A stretch of DNA of 64,000 nt, from assembly GCA_951406725.2 (NCBI GenBank), contig OX597818.1:29388001-29452000 (forward strand). The letters are read 5' to 3'. This DNA is from Octopus vulgaris (Eukaryota). This document shows, piece by piece, positions 25,739 to 39,674 of this stretch. The notes beneath the pieces are model-generated. The model was not told where the DNA came from, did not search any database, and worked only from the letters and a program-made list of their open reading frames with translations. The translations under genes and the position numbers were made by a program. Numbering within the stretch: position 1 is the stretch's first letter; the number at the start of each line of letters is the position of its first letter.

Positions 25739-26819
25739 ATTCATGTATGATCCTACAAATTAATCTTCCTGGATTGCCTCCCTTGTTCTGTTATTTTACT
25801 AGGTAGACCCCCCCCCTTAACCCTTTCCAGTCTCGGTATTATTTTTCTCTTTTCTTTTTTATTTCTTTAACTAATTATCCCTTTATTTTCACATTTTCTT
25901 TCACTTTATTTCTCTACTATTTCACTGTTAATATCTCTTTCTATTATCTGACTGTCTCTCTCCATCTGTAACCGCTTTCATTCATATACTGTCAACAATC
26001 TTCCCGAGTTATCTCCCCTACATTACTGCCGTGGACCAACGTTAGCACTCTTTAACAAGTATTATATATTTAATTCCCGAATTATTTCCCTTGAGCCATT
26101 ATTCACTCCATGTCTTCTAACGTGTGTTGAGTGTGTAAATTTTGAACACGGCGGCAAAACCATACCAGCGCACACATCAACAACGATAATAACAATTAAT
26201 ACAGAACGAAATTAAACTAAAATCTCACTTTCATGTCAAGGAAAGAGATAAATTGCTCAGATCTTTTAGAATAAATCTTTTGTCCAAGACAAAAAAGGTG
26301 ATCAAACTGGGATTCTGTACATCTTAAATATCGAATGCAGCCAAGTAAAAACTAACCAAAAACACTCGACATAATGAAGCTATAAGTAGTTTCCTTCTCT
26401 CCAACTTCCAAATCCATATCCCATTCGAGTCAATTTGCTTTTATTTAAACTTTAAGGGTCGCTGAATGTACTGATATAATAAGAGAATCAATGAAATCAA
26501 CTGCACATCAACAATTGACTAAACTTCACTCAGTATATTCCAGAATATCCCATCGAATCCCATCCCATTTCATCCTCTTCTATCACAGCTATCCTCTGCA
26601 ATCTTCATATCCTATCATGCATGCTCTCCAATAATATCTTGTCCATTCCAACTATATATTTCCTATATTACCATTCTATCTGTCTGTCTGCTTCTCTCTC
26701 TTTCTCTCCCTCTCTCTCACATCATACTTTCTCTCTTCCCATACCATCTCATCCTATTCCATCACATCCTACACGCTATCTGTCCTATCCCTCAAATGTT
26801 CCTTCATTTTTATAGTGTC

Positions 26820-27890
26820 TCTCTTGCTGGCAAGGATCTTTTTTGCCTTCTTTCTTATTTACAAGGATCTCATTTGCATATATATTCACTAACAAGCAGG
26901 GGTGTCATTTAGATAACTCATTTGACATAATTGCTTTTCTGGTTGCAGGCGTCTAATTTGTATTATTGCAATATTAATAGCAGAGACAGGGTGGTGAGCT
27001 GGCAAAATTGCTAGCATGCCCATCAAAGTGTTTGGTGATGTTCTGAGTTCAAATTCCATTGAAGTCAACTTTACCTTTCATTCTTTTGGGGTCAATAAAA
27101 TAAGTATCAGCTGAGTACTTATTGCTGACCTTGTGCCAAAATTTGAAACCAATATTAATAGTAGAGATCTTATATGATCTCTTTTGAATACTTTTGAGTA
27201 ACAGAGACTTACTTTTGTATATTTTATTCTCTAAATGCAAGGGATCTCATTTGCATATTTGTCTTCTTAAAACTAGAATTCTCAATAGCACTTTCCTTGT
27301 CACAAAGATCTAATTTGTATAGTCATTAGCATAGTTGCTTTTTAATTGCAGTTATCTTATTTACATATCTGCTCTCCAAGGAACAGTGCCCCTTTTTAAA
27401 TAGTTACATACCTCTTAATGGCAAGCTCTTATAGAAAAACAATTCTTGTTTATATTGTTATTTTCTTTAGTTGCAATAAAATTCCTATAGAAACTCCAAA
27501 AATAGCACAGACCTCAGATTTACAGTTTTGTCTCTTAGTAACATGTTTTTCACTGCATAGTAGATTTTTCATTTATAAAGTTGCTGTGTAAATTGCAAGA
27601 ATCCAGTTTCATTTATTCTATCTTAGTAGCTAGAAATTTCATTTACATATTTTTTTTCTTTAGTAGCAGGATCTCACTTATTTGTTTCATAGCAATGACC
27701 TCATCCAGATACACTTCTTCTTAAATAGAAAATTTTACTTATGTATTGGGCTGCTTTGTATCATGAATCATATTTGAACCTTAATTGTAGCTATCTAATT
27801 TGCATAGTTACTCTTTTCTTGTTCTCTTAAGAACAGACTCACATTCATATTGTTTCTTCCTGAGCTGGAGACATCTTATTCATTTAGTCA
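26820..27890. repeat. Degenerate ~40-bp minisatellite with core atct(c/a)attt(g/a)cata
   Basis: Core variants recur throughout. Interrupted by a family C SINE at ~26990-27155. Confidence 0.55.
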
Positions 27891-27901
27891 TTCCTTATAT
27901 A

Positions 27902-28389
27902 TTGGGGTGTCCGGGAAGTTTGTGCTGGTTTTTAAAGGAAAGAAAAAAGGTCGATAAATACTTGCCATTACATTTTTAATCAACCAAATATGAACCATTT
28001 TGTTGCACAATGATTCTCCATCTTTCCTTTAGCTTGAAAATACCCTCTTCCCAGAATTGAGGTAGTTTCGTGGCAAATAATTCATCACGGTATCTTTTTA
28101 CATCATCCAAGGAATTGAAATTTTTACCATTAAGACTATTCTGCAGAGACCTGAATAAGTGGAAATTCAAAGGAACAATATCTGGTGAATATGGAGGGTG
28201 GGTTAACATATCCCAGCTGAGCTGCAGCAATTTTTGTCTGGTTCCCAAAGAAACGTGCAGTCTTGCATTATCATGTTGGAAAACAACACCCTTCCTGTTG
28301 GCCAATTCTGGACGTTTCTCTTGAATTGCTATTTTTAACTCATCCAGTTGTGTGCAGTATTTCTCAAAATTAATTGTCTAGTTACTTAG
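27902..28389 (-). mobile_element. Mariner transposon, 3' part
   Basis: HDNARLH..HPPYSPDI..FHLFRSLQN..GSY. TA followed by a TIR-like end at 27900. Confidence 0.92.
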
Positions 28390-31300
28390 AAATAGATTGT
28401 AGTGTATGCGGGAGATTTGAAGTAAAGACACCTACCTTCTCTTTGTTGATGCAGACCTCTCCAGTGGTAACACACCCTTCCATTCAACCAGGAGGGTGCC
28501 TTGCGTGTCGAGATCTTCTCAGGCTAGGCGTCTCATTCTCCTCCTCTCCACAATCGTCATCCGACGAAGTAACAATCCTGCAAAGGTCCAAGACATGTCG
28601 CGGCATTCCATCCACGGAGATGTTGTTTCTGGAATTGACCACCATCACTGTTCCTCTGCTCCATTGAGACATGCAGTGCGCCTTCGTTGGCTTAACCCAG
28701 ACTTCCCCTCCTATTTTCACGCAAGTGGGTCCCTTCTCTTCCTCGTGACACTCTGGCACTTTACTCGGATGCCTCCATTCATATTTAAATACCACTCTGT
28801 GTGGCACAGATTCTTCAGCTTGTCTGGATCGGGTAGACATGTTGTACCAGAAAACTGCTTCCAGCGGCAAAATGTGACCTCTTTCCACTATGGCCTTGAC
28901 TGTCCGATGGTGCCTCTCTATGATTCCATTACTGCTCGGCCTATACACTGCTCTGAACAAGCGACACACTTTGCTCCGGTCAAGCTTTTCCCTCAACGCT
29001 TCCAAACGAAATGCCACCCCATTGTCCATTAGCAGTTCTGCCATGGGAACCCCCTCTAAAAATATTCCATTCAAAATCTGCGCAATCTCGTCAGCAATGC
29101 CCGTTCTCAACTCCCTCCAAATGGCCAGCCGGCCTGGCCTGCAGTCAACCATAGAGAGATACATTCCCTGACAGTAGTGCATCACATCCACAGCTAACCT
29201 CTTCCAGTTGTGCTCCACCGAAAGGTTTCCTTGCTCATTCCCACACGGAACAGGGTCAATGGACTGACACCTGTCGCAGCTCCCGACCACTTTCCGGATT
29301 CTTCTCCTAGTGACATCAGCATCAATCTTCTTCGCGAGATACAGGGTCCTGTCTACACCCAAGTGATGCATAGTGTGCAGTCTCTTCAGTTCAGAGTCTT
29401 CCAACCGACACACTGCAGCTATCTCTTTCTGTGCCTTCTCCAGATCCTCCAACCATGCCCTTTTCACCTTGGTCAAGGCGTCTGCCCTGTTTCTCTCCGA
29501 AGGCATGAAAACCATGTTCAGCTTCAGTCTGAACTCAGCAATCAATTCTCCTAGAACTCCTAGATGGCACTTCACCAACATCTCCAAGGCACCTTTCGTC
29601 TGAACTCTCCTCTCACCGGTGATCCCTGATCCTACCCAGCCAAGCACAGTGGCCAAAAAAGTCCAGATTTTAATTGAGCACAGCCCCCATTTCAGGGCCA
29701 AGTTCACCCCCCTCAGCACCGCATCTAATTCAGCGACATTGATGTAGTTAAAGTCATCTGCTTTCCGAAGCAAGGCTGCGTCCTCCACCTCAGCACCTTC
29801 AATCTCCAACACAACCCCTATCACTATACTGCTAGCATCACACCAGACAGTCCCGCATTCCGTCTTGGGCACATACCAGTTCCTCCTCACCAGGTCTTCC
29901 GCTCTCGTCCTCTCTAGGATTTCCTGCATCATTGCCACTGTCCCTTCTCTCACCTTGTCGCCCCAACTCTCCCCCTCTCCTCGTCTCTTGGTGTAACTGC
30001 ACGCTGTGCACAGCCATCCAGAAATTGGGTAGTGACCGACCAACTTCCCACACACCGAGAACAGCTCTCTCCTGCTGACGCTGGAACTCACCCGATCTAT
30101 CTCTTCGCAGCTTCAGCCCCAATGCAGCTCCCCCTTCCATCGACTACGATGGCTTCGCAATCAGTCCAAACTTCTCCAGATGTCTCACTACCTCGTTGGC
30201 AGGCACTACAGTTTCGTCCACCAAAATGTCGTCTATGTAGGAACTGGTGCCTTTCTAATCTTGTCCGCTTTCCCTAGGATGGACTTAAGCACTACCGCCA
30301 TGATCTTCGGAGCAGAATTCAGTCCGAAACCCAGCCTGGTTAAACAGTACGTCTGGCCCTTGTACCGCACCAGCTGATATCGCTACAATTTGTCGCTCAC
30401 ATGGAGCTGCAAGTATGCCAATTTCAAGTCGACAATCGTCGCTGCCTTGGTCGACTGTATCCACACACGTAACGTCTCGCCATAAACGTCCATCGCCTCG
30501 CCTTCCGTGTGGCACGATATATGCTCGTTTAGCTCTCTAAAGTCCAGCACCGGGCTGACTTTTCCCTTCGTCGGCTGCACCACCGCCATCAGAGGTAGCA
30601 CTCCGCCCACTCCTTCCTCGACCCACCTCTCTACCTCGTCTTCAAATTCGACCTTGGCGTGACCTTTCAGGGTGTGCTGGTAGCAGCTCACCCTGTTTTT
30701 CAGCATCGGGGGCTCGTCTTTACATCGCCACTCTATCGTCCACCGCTGACCATCGAACGCCGCCTGAAAATCTTTGACCTCAATGGTGTAAGCGGTGCAG
30801 TCTCTCACAGGACTCTGCTCTCTCTGGCGATCCTGACTAACAGCGCACGACGCCCCCATGGTTCCGAACGTGATCTCATCTCCTACAATACTGACGCCAC
30901 CGAGGCGGTTGATGGCGTCCATCCTCATCACCCCATCAACCCCGTCTATCACGCGTTCAACCGCAATTACTTGCAGCCTTAGCGTCGCGCCTCGCACCAC
31001 TATCTCTACATTGCTGCTCAATCTTCTCCTCGCTCAGACGTTCTTCTTCCTCCATCTCAAGATATAGAGTCAAAGCGCTCCCTTCCAAATATAGTGCCAT
31101 AAGGCTAGCCACGTCGCTAATGCCTTGCAGTCCCGCCACAAGCCTGGTTTTACGCATCCAGGTCACTACATTGCCCTCACCATTAAAGGGTCTGATAACG
31201 TCGCTGGCGATCCTGATCTTAGCTGCTATCGTGGTGACGTCTTATGTGGAGTGCCGAAATAGATTGTAGTGTATGTGGGAGATTTGAAGTAAAGACACCT

Positions 31301-31530
31301 ACCTTCTCTTCGTCGACGCAGACCTCTCCGGTGGTAACGCACCCTTCCACGAGGCCCGACCCGAACGCTAAAAATATCAGCTGCTTTTCCCTTATCTTGT
31401 CGAAGCGCTCACACGTCCAGTCCTGTTGGCTACCCCGATCGAAAAAGCCCAATGCTCCCTTGCCTGCCCCTTCCTCTTCCGGTCAGCCCCAAGTTCCGGT
31501 CAGCTCCCCAGCTGCTGACGTCATCCCACA
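28390..31530 (-). mobile_element. Gypsy (Ty3) LTR retrotransposon, internally deleted
   Basis: LTR 31245-31530 (TGTGG..CCACA), partial LTR 28390-28482, TTAG TSD. Order is gag fragment, RT (VLDFRELN, YIDD), RNase H (WCDAS), integrase (HHCC, D-D-E). Confidence 0.93.
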
Positions 31531-31770
31531 TTAGGAGAAGCTCATAGTACAGAATTCCTTTCCAATCCCACCAGACACAAAGCAAGACAATTTTAGGGTG
31601 AAGACCCGCTTTTGGGGTGGCTAAGGGTGGCTCATGTCGCTTACTCCAGGATCGCTTTCACTGAACATTTTGGTAGATAATCCATTTCTCATCTTCTGTC
31701 ACAATTTGCTTTAAAAAAGATGCATTTTCATTCCGTTTATAAAGCGAATCACAGATGGAAATGCGATATA
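31531..31770 (-). mobile_element. Mariner transposon, 5' continuation
   Basis: FLKQIVTEDEKWI..LHPKIVLLCVWWDWKGILYYELL joins in frame to LSN at 28389. Confidence 0.9.
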
Positions 31771-31989
31771 TCCTACGCAGAATGCTTTCAATGTAATATC
31801 AAGTTTTAAAACAAACATAATTTTCTTATGGTTTCTTAAACATTCACTAGTACAACACTAAGTACAAAACCAAATATATGGCACCCTAGGCATAACACCA
31901 ACATGAATTTCCAACTTGTTGTCTCTTGAGGTCTCTGGGTGAAAGTTGGAGCCAATTTGTACAAATGTAAAGCAAAAGTCAAACATATG

Positions 31990-31990
<1 letters not shown>
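31768..31990 (+). mobile_element. R4/Dong-like LINE 3' end followed by (TAA)n
   Basis: Homologous to 50362-50593. Confidence 0.8.
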
Positions 31991-32082
<92 letters not shown>

Positions 32083-32083
32083 G

Positions 32084-32476
32084 GATCTTTTCGGTTTGAA
32101 CGAAAATTTCTAGGTAACTAAAAAATTTTAAACTTCGTATACTGGTAGAATGTGTTTATAAAACATCTTTTTCTCTTGGCTTTATTGAGAAAATTCTCTA
32201 GTTTGTAAGATATTAGTTGGTTCTTTTTTCTTCAATTTATGCAATTTCAACCAATCAATTACGTCTATTGAGGTAAAAAAAAAACATTCTGTCCCTCGTT
32301 TAAGAAACAGATTGGGTTTATTTACATTTGAGAAGAAAAAAAGATACCCTTCCCCCACCCCTAATCCTAACCCTAAAACAGATAGAAATGCAATAGATCG
32401 ATATTAGGGTCATAATTATGGGTGACAATTTCATATGACACCGCTAAAAAAAACTGCCGTTCAAACCGAAAAGATC
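32084..32476. mobile_element. MITE within (TAA)n
   Basis: Perfect 19-bp TIR GATCTTTTCGGTTTGAACG; internal ccctaa repeats. Confidence 0.85.
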
Positions 32477-32484
32477 ATAATAAC

Positions 32485-32537
<53 letters not shown>

Positions 32538-34791
32538 GCGCGTTTTCTTATACGCCGACAAAAGCAATAGTTTCGCCGTCGTCATTTTGACTGATAGATA
32601 AAAATTTTAAGAGTTTTAATTGTAAAAACGAATGTCTGGTTTATTGAAACTTCACCTCCAACAGTTGCTCTATGTTATCTGATATAGTTGTAAGCCTTTG
32701 TTGCAGGCTTTCGGATGTTCTGACCTTTAGTTCCTGGTAATTTCGCTTACATTTTTATATCCAAGCAAAACTCAATTAAAATTATTATTAAACTATAACT
32801 TGAACTATGTATGTAATGTAAAATTAATGCCTTTACAAAGATATACGCCATGTATGTAAAGTAACGCAGTTTCAATTAAAGATATATTTTATAAAGTGCA
32901 TAAGCGCATATCAATGAACAAATATTCACTTATAAAATGTTGTAGTAAATATTCTATCAATCAGTATCAGTATTTATTTTATAAATGTATAAACCTATTC
33001 GTACGTGTACCTATAAACTTTCATAAATTTCACTCACTGCCGAATAAAATCAGTTATAAGTTCATTTGCGTTTGACCTTATATTTGTTCGATTTCCAGTT
33101 ACAGAGAATATGGAAACCTCCTTCCAAATTGCTATGACATCAAATAAGTAAAATTATTGATTAACTAGGGTACTTAGAATCATTGGGTAGATTTCAGTAT
33201 TTTTTTTTTTTTTGTTTATTGTTTTCAAATGCAATTGATTCTCAAAAAATCATATAAGTGTAAAGTATCAAGACGCTCTTAAAATGGCTCATAAACATTT
33301 ATTTGATAATGCCTTTATTGAAATTATGCCCTCAAAAGGTTTCCGTAATTTTAAGTTCCGTCAAAATTTCAAAATTGTTCAGATTGATGATTCCAAGTTA
33401 GACTAAGATATTTTTGAAGGTATTATACTAGTTGCGACAGTATGAATGTGGAAGCGACTGGCTGCGTCGCCTACAAAACATGTACGATATCAACTATATG
33501 ATGAGGACGTTCATTCCACAGGGACAATGGTATGTGTCTGAATTGCATTTATTCTTCCTTTGTAAAGGCTGTTGCTACCAATAAGAATGTAAACTTTTAC
33601 AAGATCGCTTTAAAAGTGGAAAATCCTTGAAAATGTTCTTAAAAATGATGAGTCATTCACACTCTATTCCAAGACCAACTGCCAAATGACTCCTGTTGAC
33701 ATTAAACAGGGTTTGAACATGCACAACAAACTTAAACGATCGGTGACTGTCGATTCGGATTAAATGGCTGCGACAGTTGTAAAAAGCCATTTCTGTCTGC
33801 AAAGGGCAGAAAAAGCGTATCCCGAATACGCCAAGGCTTAATAGACATTAACAGAATCTTTGTTAAACATAATCTAGTGGTGAAGTGGTCCAACGCACCC
33901 ATGTTCAACTAGTTATGATGGGAGGATGTATGTGAAATGCTGTCCTGACAAGGAACTGAATATCAGTTATCTCCAGAATATTATATAAAGAGGCGAGATA
34001 GTGTCATGGTTTGGAATGGTTTTTCAGTTCAAGATTATGCTCCTAATCATCGCATCACTAGTCCCATGGATCAAAAAGTCTTTCCGATAGTCACTTGCAG
34101 CCCGCTACGTCGTGACACTTTTAGAGGCCCCTGCAAATTTTTGTTTCGAGGCCCCATCTCTACAATCAAAATTCATAATCTACGCACCTTTTATTCATAG
34201 TTATATTTTACGTTAATCTAGCTGAAGCTCAATATTTCGCGTTATCCTAAAGAACATCTTTAAAAGTACAAGTTAAATTTATTTAGGTCTATTACAAGTT
34301 TTTATAAGTAAAACTTCCAGATATAAATAAAAGAGCACTTCTATAATCCAGACAACTTTCAAAGACAAACAGTGCACTTTTCGCTTCGTGAAATTATCGA
34401 TTTGTTGAGAATAATCAAGATGAGAGCTAAGTTCGTGTTCTATAGATATCATAGGCAATCCACAAAGTCTGGTACACGTTCGTGGTACAATGTAATATTT
34501 TAACAAGAACGTTTACAGGTACAATGAATTACCGTTTTATTTCTTGTAATTTTCAGTTAACATAGTTCAATTCTTCTTCAACATCTTAACCAAAGTAAAT
34601 AAATGACTCATCTACGTACTTTGATCATAACATTGGGCCCCTCAACCGCCGAGACCCCCAGCAACCCTTGCGGTCGCAGGGGCCTAGCGACAGCCTTGCT
34701 TGTTGCTGAAATGAATACTGAAGTATGACTCTGAGCTCTGCATAGTTCAGTTAAATACTTCCCAATATTAGGTCAATATTGTCTCCACTTA

Positions 34792-35358
34792 AGGTGGCGA
34801 GCTGGCAGGAATGTTAGCATGCTGGTCGAAATGCTTAGCGGTATTTCGTCTGTCTTTACGTTCTGAGTTCAAATTCCACTGAGGTCGACCTTGCCTTTTA
34901 TCCTTCCGGGGTCGATAAATTAAGAACCAGTTGCGTACTGGGGTCGATTTAATCGACTGCCCACCTTTACAAAAATTTCAGTCTGACCAAAAATCTCTTA
35001 GACGGATTTGATCATAACATCAAAGTTTTGAAACCGTCGAATTTCAACAATCTATTCAGTGTGATCAAAAATAGAGGGAGATTAAATTCCCATTTCTCAT
35101 TGCCAGCACCTGATGTGTCCATGCTGCATAAATGTCATAGAGAAAAGGGGAGAGTAGGCTTACTATTGGTTTCAAATTTTGATCAGCAATTTCTAGGGAC
35201 GGGGTACGTCAATTTCATTGGCATCAGTGCTCAACTGGTACTTACTTTATCGACTCCGAAAGGATTGACAGGCAAAGTCGACCTCGGTAAAATTTGAACT
35301 CAGAACGTAAAAGCGAACGAAATGCCGCTAAACGCTGCCCGAGGAGCTAACTATTCTG
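34792..35358. mobile_element. Two family C SINEs, tail-to-tail (34792-34980 plus; 35160-35358 minus)
   Basis: ggcgagctggcag..ttctgagttcaaatt..gaggtcgac.ttgccttt body. Further copies near 44250-44420, 49185-49375, 52370-52545 and 60420-60593. Confidence 0.8.
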
Positions 35359-35363
35359 TAATT

Positions 35364-35551
35364 ACAGAAATCCCTCGACTATCGTGGGTGTTACGATCCA
35401 AAACCTCTTACAGAAATAATTCAAATCCCCCAAAATATTAATACCTATCGGCCGCAGAAACCCGCGATATAAATTTACATATATTAGCCAGAAAAATCCG
35501 TGATGTACTGAGTGCGCGATAGGTGAACCCCGATATGGCAAGGATTACTAT
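35364..35551. mobile_element. Tigger/pogo-like MITE (degenerate)
   Basis: tacagaaatccctcgactatcg...cgatatggcaaggattactata imperfect TIRs. Confidence 0.45.
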
Positions 35552-35630
35552 ATAGTTTTCAGTGACAAATCGTTGTTTGAGCTAATAATGGTGTTTTCAC
35601 TTCTTGTTTTAAACATATGGTGCTTGAATA

Positions 35631-36893
35631 CGGTAGGGGAGACCGGGTCAAGTTGTTACATTTTTTCATTTTTTTGCCTTGGCACCCACATAAATGAACA
35701 CAGCTGGAGTTTCTTTTCAGATTTATCTATTGTTATCACCAGCAAAAAACAGAAATTACATAACATTAATTAGACAGGTTCTAATTAATGTAACAATTTT
35801 CCCCGAGTGCAGGTTATGTTGTGACACTTACTGGAGTACTTTGTTACAACTGTCGATAACTCGGAATTATGCTAACAAACAAGTTTAAAATGAATACGTC
35901 TCCTGCTTCTTGCATCTAGGAAGTATTATTTTAATTAATTAACTGTGCTTTGAGCCTCCTCATATCTTAACTGTGATACTGAGAGTCCTCATCAGCCAAT
36001 TTCCCCATTGTTACATGTGCCATCTGGTCGGAATCGTCCTCACCACACGAGATCACACAGAAAGTCTTGTCGTCCATCAGTACAGTCAGTGTGTGCCCAG
36101 TCTTTACAGTTCATGCATTACACCCATTATTCACATGGAAAAGAGTTGGAACACCAATCTGAGCAGACAAGGCATTTCCAATCGGCGACTTGCTTGCTGC
36201 GAGGCTGTTTCCTTTTGCCTTTACCTGATTTAGTTAACTTTCCCTTCCCCTTTGTAGCCTTTTCTGTACTAGTTGCCTTCTTTGGTTTGGATTTCCGTTC
36301 GTTTATTTCATCCACTATGCGCTGTTTTACGGCAACATCCCGTAATGATTTCTTTTCATCCACAACTTTTCTGGCGGCTCTTTCCATGACATCACGTGGA
36401 TTATCCCCCACCCTTTGTAATCTTCCTTTTGTAATTTCTAGGCATGACGTGTTAAACTGAAATAGAAGGGGTAAGTTGTTACATGCCTGGGGTAAGTTGA
36501 TACACTGTAACAATTAGCCCCGACTATGGATTTCTGGGGATTATTTCGTACACAGCACTAGCAATGCATGGCATCCAGGATACACCTTCATGTATCAAAG
36601 GCAACTTCCAACACTTCCTAATGAGCCACAAACTACTTCAGTAACACCACTTGTGCTTTAGTAGTTAAGGAAATAACTTTGTGGCAAAATTTAACTTTTG
36701 GAGTAAAAAAATCGTTTTTTGAACCATACCTTTCCTGGTGACAGCCCGCCAGTGCAATACACATGTGCAGTCATGATACTATGGAGTTGGCCTTCACGAG
36801 GTAGAGACCTGAGTGCCACCTATTTCTTGAAGTTGGAAACAATGGACTTGTAGCAACTTACCCATGTAACAACTAGACCCGGTCTCCCCTACG
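35631..36893 (-). mobile_element. Internally deleted pogo-like DNA transposon
   Basis: TIR GTAGGGGAGACCGGGTC.AGTTGTTACA at both ends. MPRNYKRK start, psq-type HTH fragment, PHD-like C-terminus; DDE domain absent. Confidence 0.8.
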
Positions 36894-37970
36894 CAGATTG
36901 AAAATTAAAACATGTTGAAATAAAAGAATGATATTTCAGTATAAAATGGGTAACTTGTGTATATACATATTTAATTCATACAAATTTCAACATCTGCTCA
37001 ATTTTCAAAACCTTTAGTGTACATATGCATACCTTTGAATGTGTTTTTGAATTCTAGATTAAATGATTGCGAGAAAATTGAGATGATTTATTTCCAGCTA
37101 GAAATATTGTTAATGACTACACAAATCACATGTATTTTGAACGTTAAACCTCTATGGCGATAAAATTCAGTTGCTGTCCTCAGCTGAGATTTTACTATTA
37201 TATCTCTTGTCTGCATCTTTTACATGCAATTTTAGTCTATAACTCTGTTACGCTTCACTCGGTCACGCCAATTGTTTCAACTGACTCTTCACCAAACAGT
37301 ATTTTCCCCCTCTCTTTATTAAACACTGAATGTTTTCCGAATTAATCAACTCGTTTAATAGATAAAATCAGTTTGCTTTAGTGATAATAATGTCAACCAT
37401 TACAGTTCAGTAACGGAAACATGACACCGAATGATACGCAACATAGCTTCTTGTTACGGCTTTATCTATTCATTTATTCATAGTTAATTATTTCACTGCA
37501 ACACTCCAAAATTGTGTGAAATATTTTCCTTTGAATATCATCGCCTGATAGAATGGTGAATAATAGATAGTTATTTCAAATAACAAATGTCAACCAGGCA
37601 ATGTAGGCAGATGATTTCATAATTATAAATCAATTATTAAAAAAGCAAAGGTGAAGTATAAAGAGAATAAAATATTATGTAGTGTTTCATTTCGTTGAAC
37701 TACTTCGAAATTTATATGGGTCGGAAAATAGGAGGAACATGTATTGTGAGAAGAGACTGCAAATGGCCGAATGGATACGGTGCCAGGTAACCAGCTGAGA
37801 TGTCAGTAGTGTGTATCTTTTAATTAACACTGTTTACCATCTGTGGTCACGACATTTAACTTCCATACGGTTCGATCCTTAAGCTATGAACAAGTACTGC
37901 TGGGTACAGAAAAAAAAACAACTCTATAGGGTGAGGTAGAACTGTAATATGGATTACAGCTTCAGTAGCA

Positions 37971-38361
37971 GGAAGGAAGCACTCCGTCGGTTACAACGAC
38001 GAGGGTTCCGGTTGATCCGAATCAACGGAACAGCCTGCTCGTGAAATTAACGTGTAAGTGGCTGAGCACTCCACAGACACGTGTACCCTTAACGTAGTTC
38101 TCGGGGATATTCAGCGTGACACAGAGAGTGACAAGGCCGGCCCTTTGAAATACAGGTACAACAGAAACAAACAGGAAGTAAGAGTGAGAGAAAGTTGTGG
38201 TGAAAGAGTACAGCAGGGATCACCACCATCCCCTGCCGGAGCCTCGTGGAGCTTTTAGGTGTTTTCGCTCAATAAACACTCACAATGCCCGGTCTGGGAA
38301 TCGAAACCGCGATCCTATGACCGCGAGTCCGCTGCCCTAACCACTGGGCCATTGCGCCTCC
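37971..38361 (-). mobile_element. Full-length young SINE, family D
   Basis: tRNA head TGGCCCAGTGG / GGTTTCGATTCC, CpGs retained, 15-bp TSD ACAGCTTCAGTAGCA (37956-37970; 38362-38376). Confidence 0.93.
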
Positions 38362-39412
38362 ACAGCTTCAGTAGCACAGCATGAAAAATGTTGGGTTCTG
38401 CTAAACTATACTGCACAAATTATGCTTCATGAATCGGTGAGTTAGTTATTGAACACACAACTTACCACCACAATCAACTTTTAGGAGAGAGGAAGGAGTG
38501 TGTTGGGACATGCAGAAAAGCACATTATATTATGAATCGAGGAGATTCACAATATATTATGGACTATACATATCACAATGCTAGATTGAATTATAAATGA
38601 CTGGTGAAATACTAAGGAATCACTAACATTTGATACATATTATGCCAAAGTTACTCAAAGTTAGCAATTTCAAATCTTAATTTCTTAGAAATTGTAAATA
38701 ATAGCTGTGTATGTTAGTTTGCCTCGGTCAACTTTACCTTTCATACTTTCAGTTGATTGCTCTCCTTCTCTCCCTCTTCCTCTCTCTCCCTCTATCTATC
38801 TTCTCTTTCTCTCCCCCCCCCCTCTTTCTCTCACCTTAGATTATATCTGTAATTTATAAGTTCAGCCTTGTTACATAGTGTCATAATGTTTCGTTTTGAG
38901 AATAACGTCAAAGCTATTCGTTTCTGTAGGATATACTCAGCTACTTATATGTTAATTTCTCAAGTAGGAAGCTAGATGGTTGAACAACTGAATGATCGTC
39001 GTCAAGATCGACGCAAACCCCACCATAGTTAATGAGCCAACAGAAGTAGAAACTAGTCTCTACCACTTGGGAACGTGGTCATAATGGTCCACTATTTAAT
39101 TAACTGCTATTCAAACTATAGGAAATATTTCAACGGATTAGTAACCAAGTATCGAAACATCGGTCTTCATGTTGGTTTCTATTGTTGTCGGAATTTTCAC
39201 TCGAAATTTATTTGTTTAGGCTGTCATTTGTTATTGTCAGAGGTGAGACAGAGTTTGATCTAGATTAAGTCATTCAATTCTATTTTCAATGACCTAGTTC
39301 GATTACAGCACAGGTATATATTCGAAATACCTATTGAAAACGCGCTCTTTCCCTCGGCCACTTGGTGACAGTTTACTTCTGTCGTCACGGAAATCAGAAA
39401 CTTAGCTTCTTC

Positions 39413-39674
<262 letters not shown>

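Noticed and set aside
34098-34698. hAT-like MITE remnant with gggccc motifs
   Set aside because: Only the right terminus is recognisable.
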